From the NCBI GenBank assembly GCA_022813865.1, contig JALDZX010000096.1, positions 1-46,008 on the forward strand: DNA of 46,008 nt, given 5' to 3'. Both the position numbers and the translations under genes were made by a program. This DNA comes from Xylographa opegraphella (lineage: Eukaryota). Shown piece by piece: positions 10,073 to 22,392 of this stretch; within the stretch, counting starts at the first letter, position 1; every line of letters begins with the position of its first letter. The notes under the pieces were generated by a model. The model was given only the letters and a program-made list of their open reading frames with translations, was not told where the DNA came from and did no database searches.

Positions 10073-12439
10073 TCATGCATGAGCTTCAGTGGACTGGCTG
10101 CCCACCCCCGGGTCTGCCTCCGCATCCTTCAGCTCGCTATCCTTCTCCGCCAGCAGGCCATGCATCTTGACCCGATACAAGCAGGTGTAGTCCTTCGAGC
10201 CCCAGTTGCTCCGGACCCGGACGCTGACCTTGTCGACCACGGCCTGCAAGTGGTCCAGCTCGATCGGCACCTCGAGGCTCTGCACGAAGTTCATCGCGTG
10301 GATGTTGTACTCCCAGCGACCGATGCGGACCCACGACTTGTCGAGCGCGGTGTCGGCGCCGTAGACGGGGAGCGTGCGGGCTGCGAGGAGGGAGTCCTTC
10401 GCCAGAGCGGGCACCGTCATGGCGGCATTGATGACGCGCACCAGCGTGTTCGGGTCGTCGATCTGCACCCACAGCTCCACGTCCTTGGGAGCGGCGCCGA
10501 TGTCGAGAGTGGCACCCTTGGGCATGTGCTCGAGGACGAGGTGGGTGGGAGCGATCTTGCGGGGCATCTGGACCGTTAGCTGGGCTCGACCGCCAGAGGG
10601 AGGCGCGCACCAGCAATCGCCGATGTCGCTCCAGGGGAGGAGGGCGGTGATGGGATCCGGAGTCCGGAGCTCGTAGGAGGAAACCCCGAACCAGGAGCGC
10701 GAACGAACGGTAAGCTTACGGGTAGGTGATGTGAGGTGCGGATCGATGGTGGCACCGAGGCCGCGGGAGAAGTAATTCACGCGGTCGGGGCCGATAAGTT
10801 GTGGGACCTGTGCGGAGAGGGAGTCGTAAGAGTTTTGCATCGTGGAAAGGCGAGTTTCGAGTTCGTTGAATTGGTTTGCGGTGATGCCATTGAAGCTTGA
10901 ACGGGGATTGAAGCTTGAACGGGGGGTGGTGATGTTGCTCCACTGAAAGCTGTTGCCACTTGATTTTAGCCAGGCTGTTTGTGAATGATACTGGTCATGA
11001 GCCCAGCGGAAGCCGGTTGGAGCAGCCCGGATTGCGTGGTATGCCAACCACAATAAGGTGATGCCAACGAGTAGTTTGGCTATAGTGGTGCAGAATGATT
11101 CGGTCCAGATTCGATGGCCTTGCGTTTCCTTTCTTTTGCGTCGTTGATGTGCTATGCCATCTTCTCGGATACGAGCCGCTTCCATGAGCTGTTCTTCGGT
11201 CATATTTTGTAGTAATGTGCGTAATTGCGAATTCTCAGGTAGAGTCCCATTTGGAGCACGTTGAGGCGGTGCAACATATGGAAGGGTTTTGCGACCAGTT
11301 CCACCTGGACGTGCTGTGATATCAGTTGGTCGGGTTCCATCTGGACGTGCTGTGATATCAGTTGGTCGGATTCCATCTGGACGTGATGTGAGGTCAGTAG
11401 TTTGGGTTCCAATTGGGCGTGTCATGGTGTCCGTCGGTGTGGTTCCGCCTGAACTTGCTGGGAGTTCCGTTGCCTGGATGGGGCCATCTCCAGCTGGACG
11501 TGTTGAGATTGCTCCATCCCCGCCGGCTATATCTATAGATGATGCATCGCCTTCAGGTGAGGCCGATCTTCCGGGTGCGCGAAACTCGAACGTTCTTCTA
11601 ATTCTGTGTCGCAGGCTACCCTGTGACGGACAAGGGTTGACTGCCTGTTCCGGTGTGTCACCCAGTCCTACATTACGACCAATCGGCCCTTCAGTTCCAA
11701 AATTCCACGAAAATCCTTCAGCCATGGGAGTCCTATTACCTGTAGTAGCACCACTTCCAACACCAGATCCACCGGATGGACTGCCCTTCCTTGCGTGCCC
11801 TCCCAAGGTCGGCACTTCCATGGGCGGCATTTTCGTGGTCAGCACTTCCGCGGCGCCTGCTTTCGGGGGTTGTGATCCCATTCCTACTGGACTTGCTGGT
11901 CGGTTGCCGGTTGGCCTTCCTGCTTGACTTCCTGCGTGACTGCTTGCTTGACTATCCACAGGACTTTCAGTCGCACTTCTTATCGGGCTTCGCACCGGGC
12001 TTCCCAATGGGCTTGGTGTTGGCTTTCCTGATCGACTCCCTACTGGAGGTTCTTCTTCGACCGAGGTCTCCATATCCGAATCCGGCTCCGATTCAGGTTC
12101 AGGTATAATCTCAGCCCGACTGGACGTTCGCGTCGTGCGTGAGGTATTGGCCCTTGCTGCGTTCACACCGACTGCAATCACATCTCTTGCGGATTGATTC
12201 GCAGCGATCGCAGCCAACCTGACGCTCACGGTCGATCTGGCCGGAGAGCCATAGGCAAAGGACTCTCTGGCAGCGGCAGCTGGTCGCTGGGCCACAAGCC
12301 GTCTTGGAGTTACTTTCGGAGAGGGCGGAATGGGGTCGACCGGTGGGGTTGGCGTAGTCGGTGGCACAGGTGGATCGCTTCCTTTTCGACGTCGAGTCGT
12401 GCGTGTCGATCGCCGAGGGGTTTGTGCAGGGCCGGCCAT
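10073..12439 (-). CDS. SUN-domain (Sad1/UNC-84) inner nuclear membrane / spindle pole body protein
   Basis: Single 788-aa ORF: disordered Ser/Pro/Thr-rich N-terminus, one TM helix (LLVGITLLWLAYH), short coiled coil, C-terminal SUN domain (VNYFSRGLGATIDP..TSPT, GDCWC, LEHMP..AAPKDVELW, SNWG..YTCLYRVKMHG). Confidence 0.93.
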   Translation of the reverse strand: MAGPAQTPRRSTRTTRRRKGSDPPVPPTTPTPPVDPIPPSPKVTPRRLVAQRPAAAARESFAYGSPARSTVSVRLAAIAANQSARDVIAVGVNAARANTSRTTRTSSRAEIIPEPESEPDSDMETSVEEEPPVGSRSGKPTPSPLGSPVRSPIRSATESPVDSQASSHAGSQAGRPTGNRPASPVGMGSQPPKAGAAEVLTTKMPPMEVPTLGGHARKGSPSGGSGVGSGATTGNRTPMAEGFSWNFGTEGPIGRNVGLGDTPEQAVNPCPSQGSLRHRIRRTFEFRAPGRSASPEGDASSIDIAGGDGAISTRPAGDGPIQATELPASSGGTTPTDTMTRPIGTQTTDLTSRPDGIRPTDITARPDGTRPTDITARPGGTGRKTLPYVAPPQRAPNGTLPENSQLRTLLQNMTEEQLMEAARIREDGIAHQRRKRKETQGHRIWTESFCTTIAKLLVGITLLWLAYHAIRAAPTGFRWAHDQYHSQTAWLKSSGNSFQWSNITTPRSSFNPRSSFNGITANQFNELETRLSTMQNSYDSLSAQVPQLIGPDRVNYFSRGLGATIDPHLTSPTRKLTVRSRSWFGVSSYELRTPDPITALLPWSDIGDCWCAPPSGGRAQLTVQMPRKIAPTHLVLEHMPKGATLDIGAAPKDVELWVQIDDPNTLVRVINAAMTVPALAKDSLLAARTLPVYGADTALDKSWVRIGRWEYNIHAMNFVQSLEVPIELDHLQAVVDKVSVRVRSNWGSKDYTCLYRVKMHGLLAEKDSELKDAEADPGVGSQSTEAHA
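10889..10924. repeat. Perfect 18-bp tandem duplication in SUN gene (PRSSFN x2)
   Basis: ATTGAAGCTTGAACGGGG at 10889-10906 and 10907-10924. Confidence 0.9.
11299..11400. repeat. 36-bp coding minisatellite in SUN gene (about 2.7 copies)
   Basis: Units 11305-11340 and 11341-11376 differ at one base, with a degenerate third copy. Encodes DG(I/T)RPTDITARP. Confidence 0.9.
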
Positions 12440-13795
12440 ATTAAGATGATGGAAAGAATTCTTGATCTTCAGAACAGAGGACCAGTTTCGGTGAAACTAT
12501 GTCAAAAGTTGCGTCAGCAGACGCTCCAGTGGATTTGGGCAATGGTTGTAGCAATCGCAGTTGATGGTTGACGAGCAGAATTACAGTAAGGCGAGGATAA
12601 AGAAGGAAGCATTCTGGGGCACACAAATGAAAGACCTAAAGCGGCCCAACGTACTTTTCGGATTCTGCTTGCGGTTGGCGGTGCTTATTGAGCAGAATGC
12701 TATTGTTCAACCGTGTCGGGCCAATTCACACCACTCAATCGGCTTGCACAATCGAGCAATCACCGAAGTGCCCCCCACTCGAGCAGTGTTGTCACCGAGG
12801 CGTTCTTATAAGCGTGAATGAGCGGTTGTGTATGCCTCTTTCGTAAAGAATCGCGCGCAACAGCGCACACGACAGAGGTCTTCGTTTCGCAGTCGCGCTC
12901 ACAATGGTCGCCACCTTCCGAGGCATTTAGCTTGCGCTTTCCCGACTCCGTCCAGTTGACCGTTCGAAAGTGTAAGGTAGCTGTAGGTGCAGGGTTGGTA
13001 GCGGGCCGCATGCGTCGTGTTCCGTTGCGCGCACGTCGAGTCCGAGTGTTGACCGTTTGCTCTTTGTTGATGTAAATTCCGCATGCGGTCACTAGCGCCA
13101 TCTCAGATCGCCAGCAGGGACAGGGCTGTCGGAGTTTGACGCTAGTCAGAATCTGGTCAAAACTCCAAAGTAGACTTCTACGTCGAGAAAAGGCCTCCGG
13201 CACAGAGCGATATACGCGGGCGCTGGTCCAAGAAGTGTAAGGTCAAGAGATAGATGAATTCCTAACACTATTTAATTCGAGAGCAAAGCTGCCTGTGCGA
13301 CTCAGTACACCCATCTTCCGCAGCCCCCGGCTCGGCACTACTCCAACTCCGTACTCTACTCCATTCTGCCGTAACCACATGCTCGGAAGTCGCCGGGCCG
13401 GGACGCACGATCTCGCTAGACTAGCTCAGGTACTACCGTTCACGGCGGTCCATCTCTCTGCATTATTCGTTGACATCATGGACATTGTCGGGCAAAACTG
13501 CTGGACATTCAACAGATCTCGAGTCGTGTAGAGCCACTGAACAGCAGACTACTTCGTATGTAGATTTAAAGCGCAGCAGAAAGGATGACCCGTGCCGTAC
13601 AGCAACTTGTGGAAGATGCAGTGGGCCAACTGGCAGCATCATGCAAGATAAAGTTGCCGAGGTATAAACGGATCTCGATTTCGTCATGTCTGCAGCAGAC
13701 ATTCGACAGTTTCGACAGTCTCGGCCTCCATTGTTCAATCTTTCCCTTGCACATAAGCGACGCTTGATCCTTACCGGTACCCTCATCTCTATATT

Positions 13796-14937
13796 ATGAC
13801 GGAAAAGCCCACGCCACAAGACTTCGATGAGGTTCGCAAGGATATAGTCAAGCTGCTTCATCAGCCAGAATACGACGATGGAAGCGCTGGCCCAGTCCTC
13901 GTCCGCTTAGCATGGTCAGTGGAAAGTCCAAGAATCCCGCGAACAAATTCTCACTTCCGGTCGAAGGCATTCATCGGGCACGTATGACGAAGAGACAGAC
14001 ACAGGCGGCTCGAACGGTGCCGGTATGCGGTACGAGGCCGAGGGAGGGGACCCTGCCAATGCAGGTCTTCAGCATGCTCGCGTCTTTCTAGAACCGGTAA
14101 GCCGAGCCCATGTTGACGGGTAACCTGTCGCTGACCACACATCCATTCAGGTCAAGTCAAAACACCCATGGATCACATATGCCGATCTGTGGACCTTGGC
14201 CGGAATCGTGGCAATCAAAGAGATGGGAGGACCAGATATTGAATGGAAAGGTGGCCGAACAGACTATGTGGATGATTCGAAGCTACCACCTCGTGGGAGA
14301 CTACCTGATGGTGCGCAAGGCAGTGACCATCTGCGACATGTCTTTGGCCGTATGGGCTTTAGCGACCAAGAGATTGTTGCTCTCAGCGGAGCCCACAACC
14401 TTGGAAGGTGCCACAGCGATCGGTCGTGAGTGGCAAGCCCGGGACATTTACACGATGAGTGACTAACAGTCACTCAGTGGCTTTCATGGAGCTTGGGTTC
14501 ACAACCCTACTCGATTCACCAATCAGTACTTCCGGCTTTTGTCGTCTCTCAACTGGGAGAAGGTCAAGAAAGACAACGGTGTTGAACAATTTGAATACTA
14601 TGACGAAGATCTCGAAGCCGGACTCATGATGCTGCCCACCGACATGGCCTTGAGGGATGATCCTCATTTCTCTCCTTGGGTTAAGAAGTACGCTGATGAC
14701 AAAGGTATTTTTTTCAAAGATTTCGCAGCAGTGTTTGCCAAATTGGTCGAGCTTGGAATTCAAAGAGACGATCAAGGCAGGATAACAAACTTGGACAATG
14801 AAAAAGGAGGATACCATGCAGCGCCGAAGAAGCAGAGAGAGCCTGGGTCCCCAGGAAAGACCAGCGATGACAAGGTGAATATTGATGAAGCAGGACCTCT
14901 GGCGAAAGAGAATGGCAAATTCCGAGCGAGACTGTGA
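13796..14937 (+). CDS. CCP2: Class I heme peroxidase (cytochrome c peroxidase 2 type) with C-terminal PTS1
   Basis: [74 protein letters not shown]; ends -ARL. Three introns (about 13915-13967, 14096-14150, 14425-14477). Confidence 0.93.
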
Positions 14938-15581
14938 TCACGCGATTCCACTTTGTATGATGCTCCACCAAATGACAGAAAACATTGAAAGTACAGACAT
15001 TGAAGAAAGCGGATCACACAACTGCCTGAGGGATTTAGACCAGTGTGCTGCCGCAACGGTGAACCTGGCAATGGGCCATAGAGGCATAGACCGGGCGCGA
15101 GTAAGAAGAAACAAGGGCGAGTGCTTTATCGACTGTCCACTATAACGAGATGACGGCTAGAGACTAGATAGAAAAAGAGATAGAAATCAATTGAGAAAGA
15201 TACGAAACTCCCATCGACGAAATCCCCCAACCTGAAATGTGGGGTAAACGCGCCCTACCCGCATTCTCTCTAGCTCCGGTTGCAGCCTCAGTGGCGATCA
15301 GGCACCACTTCCCCCCAGGGCGGCAGCCGCCCACACCGTGTGACGGAGCAGCATTCGGCGTAAGCAACTCAGCCTCCAACGCTCATCCTTCCTCCCTCTT
15401 CCTACAGCAAAAACCACATCGCACCTTTCCATCTCACCTCCCACGTATCCAAAGCATCAACGCACACAACATCTACAGCACCCAGTAGATCCAGCACCAA
15501 TCTCCCCACTCACTCTCCCTCTCCTCAACAACCCTCCTCCGCGATCCCCAGCACCATCTTCACCTCCCCCCACCAACCACC

Positions 15582-16102
15582 ATGGGATCCGGCTCCGACT
15601 TCTTCCTCGCCCTGATCGCCGTTCTCTTCCCCCCCATCGCAGGTGCGTCCCTCTCCCTCTCCCCCTCGCCCTCCCAAATCTCACTAACCGCCCGATAGTC
15701 TGGATCAAGCGCTCCATCTGCTCGCTGGACTCGCTCCTCAACCTCCTGCTCTGCATACTCGGCTACATCCCCGGCCTGCTGCACGCGTGGTACATCATCG
15801 CCAAGTACCCGGACGAGGCCGCCGGCTACGAGGCCATCGCGCCCGACGCCGAGGGCCGCGACGGCGCCCGCGTGACGTACTACTACGTGACGCGCGACGG
15901 GCAGCGCGTCGGCGAGGGAGGGGGGCGCGCGGAGCAGGCGGGGTATCGGTCGCTGCAGGAGAGGGGGTATGGTGCCGTGCAGCAACAAGGCCCGCCGAGT
16001 CAGGGCCCGCCGGCTCAGGGCCCGAGTCAGGGTTCGAGCGAGGGCGCCGTGCCGCCGAGTTATGATGATGCGGTGAAGGGGGATCATAAGGTGCAGACGT
16101 GA
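15582..16102 (+). CDS. Pmp3/Sna (UPF0057) proteolipid membrane protein with C-terminal PPxY motif
   Basis: Exon 15582-15642 (MGSGSDFFLALIAVLFPPIA) plus exon 15699-16102 (VWIKRSICSLDSLLNLLLCILGYIPGLLHAWYII...VPPSYDDAVKGDHKVQT). Confidence 0.9.
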
Positions 16103-16516
16103 AGGGTGGGTGGGTGATCAAGGAAAGAGGAGTAGCGATGGACGACGGGCAGTGCGGATTGTGATAGGAAGCGATGACATTGGGGCTGGACCGCTGTCAA
16201 GTGTGGAGGACGAGAGCGTGGAGGTGGAGGTTGCAAGCCGTGCAGGGCATGTATCGGGGTTTCCCTTTCCTCAACCTAGGATACCTGTTCCGCAGACAAC
16301 CGATCCGGTGAATTTCAGCACGGAGCTGTCTCAAAATGCCCCTGTATTTCCAATCGTTCGTGCATCAATCATCGTGCAAGCCAAGCATGTGGTTTCACTC
16401 GCACCCACTTCTACTCCACAAGGAATGTCGTCTTCCGTAACACGGTACATGCTCTGCACATACCATCCAAAGCTCGTAATACACGTACAGTAATACACCC
16501 CACCCACCTTCGTCGC

Positions 16517-17834
<1,318 letters not shown>

Positions 17835-18348
17835 CTTTGCAATTGACTATTCGGACAGTTTTTCTTTTTTTCAAGCTTGTGATGTTGTTGAAAAGTTTAC
17901 CTTAAAGACAGAACCACCTGGCCTATCGCTGCTGATGCGCTGTTGCGCAATTTATCCGGTGGACGACGTGTGAAGTTTTACATTTTAGCTGACCGTTGAA
18001 ACACGGGGAGCCGAGGCTTCAGGGTCGGAGTGAATGTAACCCTAATCTCTGACGCTATTGCACAGTCAATAACACAATACAAAAACGATCAATCGACTAT
18101 GTCTCGCCGGCCAGATTCGAGAGCCATACCTAGACTTTCAAGCACCTCAGCATGGAGCCATTGAATAGACTGCAGAGGCATGCCGGTCGCGGTCTCGTAG
18201 CCGAATGCCCCCGCTCTATCCTAGCCCTTCTTATCGATAAGCCAGCACGTCATTGGCAGTCACGGCGGGGACGGTTTCTGCAGTCAATACCCGGCTGAAT
18301 AAGTACCTAATACAAACTCCTCGAGCACATCTGATATTGCCCCTCTAC

Positions 18349-19717
18349 ATGCCTCTATTGAGACCTCAACTCTGCACCCCACTCCTCTGCCCCTCCATCC
18401 GGCTCAGAGCCATCTCTCACCACTTCCCAGCTCAATTGACGCAGTCAGCCCCAACATTCTTCGTAGTCCGCACCATGGCATCTTCCTCAATCCCCAAAAC
18501 GATGCGCGGCATCCTCATCGAAAAGACCGGTGGCACCGAAGTTCTCCAATACCGCACCGACTTGCCCGTCCCGGAGCCCAAGGAAGGGGAGATTCTAGTC
18601 AAGAACGAGTTCATTGGTATCAATTACATTGATACGTAAAACCCCCCACACGGCTAATTCATTCTTGCCTTTTCTAATTACTGATTCTTTTCTTCCAGCT
18701 ACTTCCGTACCGGCCTCTACCCCGCCCCTAAGCCCGAGATTCTCGGCCGCGAAGCCTCCGGCACCGTCCTCTCCACTGGTCCCGGAAACACCTACTCCCT
18801 CACCACCGGCGACCGCGTCGTCTGGATGGGCACTGGCGGCTATGCCGAGTACACCGCCTGTCCAGCGGCCAAGGCCATCAAGATCCCAGCCGCCATCAGC
18901 TCCGCGGATGCCTGCGCCGCCATCTTGCAGGGTCTCACAGCCGTCACGCTTGTGGAGGAAGCGCACAAAGTCCTTAGCGGAGATACGATTCTCGTGCACG
19001 CTGCAGCCGGGGGGGTGGGGCTATGGCTGTGCCAAGTGCTACGGGCAAAAGGGGCAAAGGTGATTGGAACGGCGAGCACGGAGGCGAAGCGAGAGGAGGC
19101 GAAGACCAACGGGGCAAGCGTCTGTTGTGGTTACGAGAAGGAGGAGTTGCTGGCGCTAGTGAAGAAGGAAACCAATGGAGAGGGGGTACGGGCGGTGTTT
19201 GACAGCGTGGGTAAGAGCACTTGGGAGACCAGTCTGGAGGCCGTGGCACGGAAGGGGAGTGTGATCAGTTTTGGGAACGCGAGTGGGTCTGTGGAGCCGT
19301 TTGCGATATCGTAAGTTCTTCATTCTTGCTATTCAAGCATACTGCTATGAAGCGGTCAAAAGAGAAGGACAGAGTACCGCCCGGGTACGACGAAGCGTGC
19401 TTGATGTGGCTGTACTGACATTGTCGGGACGGATAGGAGATTAACCGCCAAGAACGTCAAAATCGCCAGACCCACGTTGTTCAACTATATTGCGACGAGG
19501 GACGAGTTCGAACGGTACGCGAACGAGCTGTTCAAGATGATGACCGAGGACAAATTCAATGTCAAGATACACGAGGTCTATCCATTGCAAGATGTGGCGC
19601 GAGCTCAAAATGTAAGCTCATTTCCTCTTATTCTTCATGCCCTGAGAAGTATGCTAACCCCGGAAACAGGATCTCGAAGGCCGGAAAACAACCGGGAAAC
19701 TACTGCTCAAGCCTTAG
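18349..19717 (+). CDS. NADPH:quinone oxidoreductase, zeta-crystallin (Zta1/Qor) family
   Basis: GGTEVLQY, GINYIDTYFRTGLY, LQGLTA, VHAAAGGVG, FDSVGK, SFGNASG, DLEGRKTTGKLLLKP. Three introns. Two in-frame starts (18349 and 18475). Confidence 0.92.
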
Positions 19718-19792
19718 CTCTTTCATACATGTAGTCATTTGCCGGGACTGAGACAAACCCATTCCATTCAGAGTGTGACACTCGTTTGTCGA

Positions 19793-21651
19793 TCATTCCT
19801 CGATAATGATATCCTCGCCCTGTTCGTACTGCTCGCCAATTTCTCCTTCGTTCAAGGCCTTTGGAGCCTCTTCCGCTTCTGTCTCTCCCTGCCGAGTCAC
19901 AATCTGAAGATCCAGAGGCTTATTTGTCGCTCGAGGAGGTAGGTACTTATGCTCTTTCCACCCAAGCATTTTCTCATTTGGCAGCACCCGGTAGAAAGAG
20001 CAATAAGCCGCGAGCACGGTGTCAATGAACCACACCCCAAAACTAAGCTTGTAAACCCGCGCGGAGAACTTCATTCCCACAAAAAGCTTTGACATGATGT
20101 GGTCTTCGACCCAAAATGTGTACGACTTGATCTCTGGTGGCTTGCCCGCCCGCTCCAATTCTTCTTCTTCTGTCAAATCCTCCGGCGGGTCTTCGGGATT
20201 CTTCCAGGTCTTCGCCCTCAGTATCCCAAGAGGCGAAAGACCCTTGACAGGATTATCCTTGGAGCCGTAGTAGGACAGGATCTCCGGATTAGCACACTCC
20301 ATCTCCACAATTTCCAGGTCGGTGGCAATATTTTCCACGATTCGAGCCTTCTTCTTTGTGACATGCTTGTTGTATTTCTCATACACTTCATTATCACCAT
20401 GAGCAGCAAGTCCGGCAAGGAAGATCCTCCTTGCTTGATCTTCGCTCATGCCCTTATCAAAGTCGAGGCCCTTGGTCCACTCATAATCGCCGATATAGCT
20501 GCCTTGATACTGGCCTCCAAAGATGACCGAGCATGCTTTGTTAAAGTCGCCTGGCAAAAGTCTACAGGCTTGTGATACGGAGAAAAGTTGCTTCTCCGCA
20601 ACGTTGCAGGTCTCGCGAGCTGCATTGATTTGGTCTTTATATTCGGGACAGACATCGTGATGGAGAAGGTAGTTCAGAAAGTTACGAATGACGGCCACAT
20701 GGGACTTGATCTGCTGTTCGGTCTCGATGTTGAATCTTGCAGGGAGGCGGGAAGATCTGGCGCGTGTGTTAGCGTAAGTTTACCAGTGTAGACATCTGTA
20801 ATCCTCACAAGAAGCCTTTGAGAACACCATCAAAATCCACCACATACTGGGAACTACGAGGGTCATGCTTGTCGAAATCTACAAAGTTCGTTGCTGTCAT
20901 CGTGGCAATCTCTGCTGCGCTCGAGTCTTCCAGGGTTTGCTGATTCAACCCGCCGCCAAACATCTTTGGTCCCGAATCGACGCCACCGTAACTCATGTAC
21001 TTGTCGAAGAGGGATTTACGTTCAGAGTCGAACTTCCGTCTAGCGACATAACGTTGAATAGCTGTTTCAATGCGTCTATAACATGATGATTAAGTACGAA
21101 ACTAAATTACGACATCGACAGGGAGAGATGAGCATACTCAGAGAAGATGATAGAGCTTGGAATTATTAGCTCAACGTATATTGGAGGAACGCCAGACCCA
21201 CGGATCGTAGATGGCCTTCTCCTCCTTGTATTGTTCAGGAGTGACAGGAACATCAACATAGTACTCTTCAAAGCCCGTTGGAGCAGCCTAGGTAATGTCA
21301 GTCACAGAAGTCACGATGGTACGATTGGAAGTCGAAAAGTACGGCGCCTTTCTTGCCCGACTTCTTCTTCTTCTTCTTTTTCTTCTTCTCTGGCTGTGCG
21401 TTTGCAAGATCTTGAAGAACTTTGTCGCCCGGGTCTAGTCCTTGGTTCTCATCATCAGAGTCTATCAGGTCATTATCACCGCCCCATGCTACATCCTTCT
21501 CGGTCTGTGGATCATGCTTGACACCAGTGGAGGTCACATTATCGTCAACTTCTGCAAGTACAGTCCTTGTAGCATCGGTGGGAGGCGCTGTTGCAACATT
21601 ATCATTTTCAATAATAGAAGACCCTTTGACTTTGGGTTCACTGTCTTCCAT
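19793..21651 (-). CDS. ARB1: Argonaute siRNA chaperone (ARC) complex subunit Arb1
   Basis: Poly-Lys tract, PTGFEEYYVDVPVTP, RIETAIQRY..RRKF..FDKYMSYGGV..GPKMFGG, VVDFDGVLKGFL, NFLNYLLHHDVCPEY, LPGDFNKACS, YCSFY..LPNE. Includes an 18-nt micro-exon at 21138-21155. Confidence 0.88.
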
Positions 21652-22392
21652 GATGGTCTGAAGCGACAACGAAATGACACAGGAAGTTTCGTGTGGTGAT
21701 CATGGAATGAAAGTGCCAAGCAGTGCTGTTTGTAGTTTGCACCGGTCCGGATTGAATGGTGAAATACAGGAAACAAGATCAATGCGATCTCTCAGAAGTC
21801 AACGAGCAAGGCACGGAAGCAAACTTGAAGTGAAGGGAAGGGCCAGAACGAGGCTACGCCCTGAGGCTTCACTCTTTTCAAGGGCCGAACTCGAACATCA
21901 ACCTGTCACTTCGAGGTAGCATAGCTTTCTGTTCTGACACGCTCAACACCTCAGTGATGGAAAGTGTTACACGAGTGTGAGTTTGCTCGCATCGTGCGAC
22001 GTCGTACGAACGGGAGCACGACAGAGCGATCGGATTGTGATCAACGGGGAACATTAGGGAGAAGCTGCTTGCTCCCACTCCCACCAACGCTAGAACAGGA
22101 CCTAAGTGATGAAACACGTCGGAAGTGACGCGGCCATGACGGCTAAGGCTGCAGGTCTTTAAGCTTTTAATTCCACCGAAGGATCGCCAGCCTCATTCGC
22201 GGCCTGTTCTGTCACGGCGAAGTCGGCGACAAGGTTCCGCCTCCAGGGCAGCCAGGTGCTCCTGATGCATTATTGCGCGGGATGCGCTCCATGACACATG
22301 TGTAACTTGCCTTTCGACTTTGGATAAAAGAAGGATCCTCAACCCTCCATCCTCCCTTCCCATTATGTAGCACTCCACATCTCACTTGCACA

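Noticed and set aside
12440..13795. Multiple short ORFs in the SUN-CCP2 divergent spacer
   Set aside because: None has motifs or a consistent exon structure; CCP2 is complete from 13796, so the region is treated as promoter/leader.
17835..18348. Gal4-type CGG-N11-CCG site or GAL cluster near GAL10
   Set aside because: The CGG/CCG pairs I examined near 18184-18203 are spaced N8 and N14, and no GAL1 or GAL7 is in the window.
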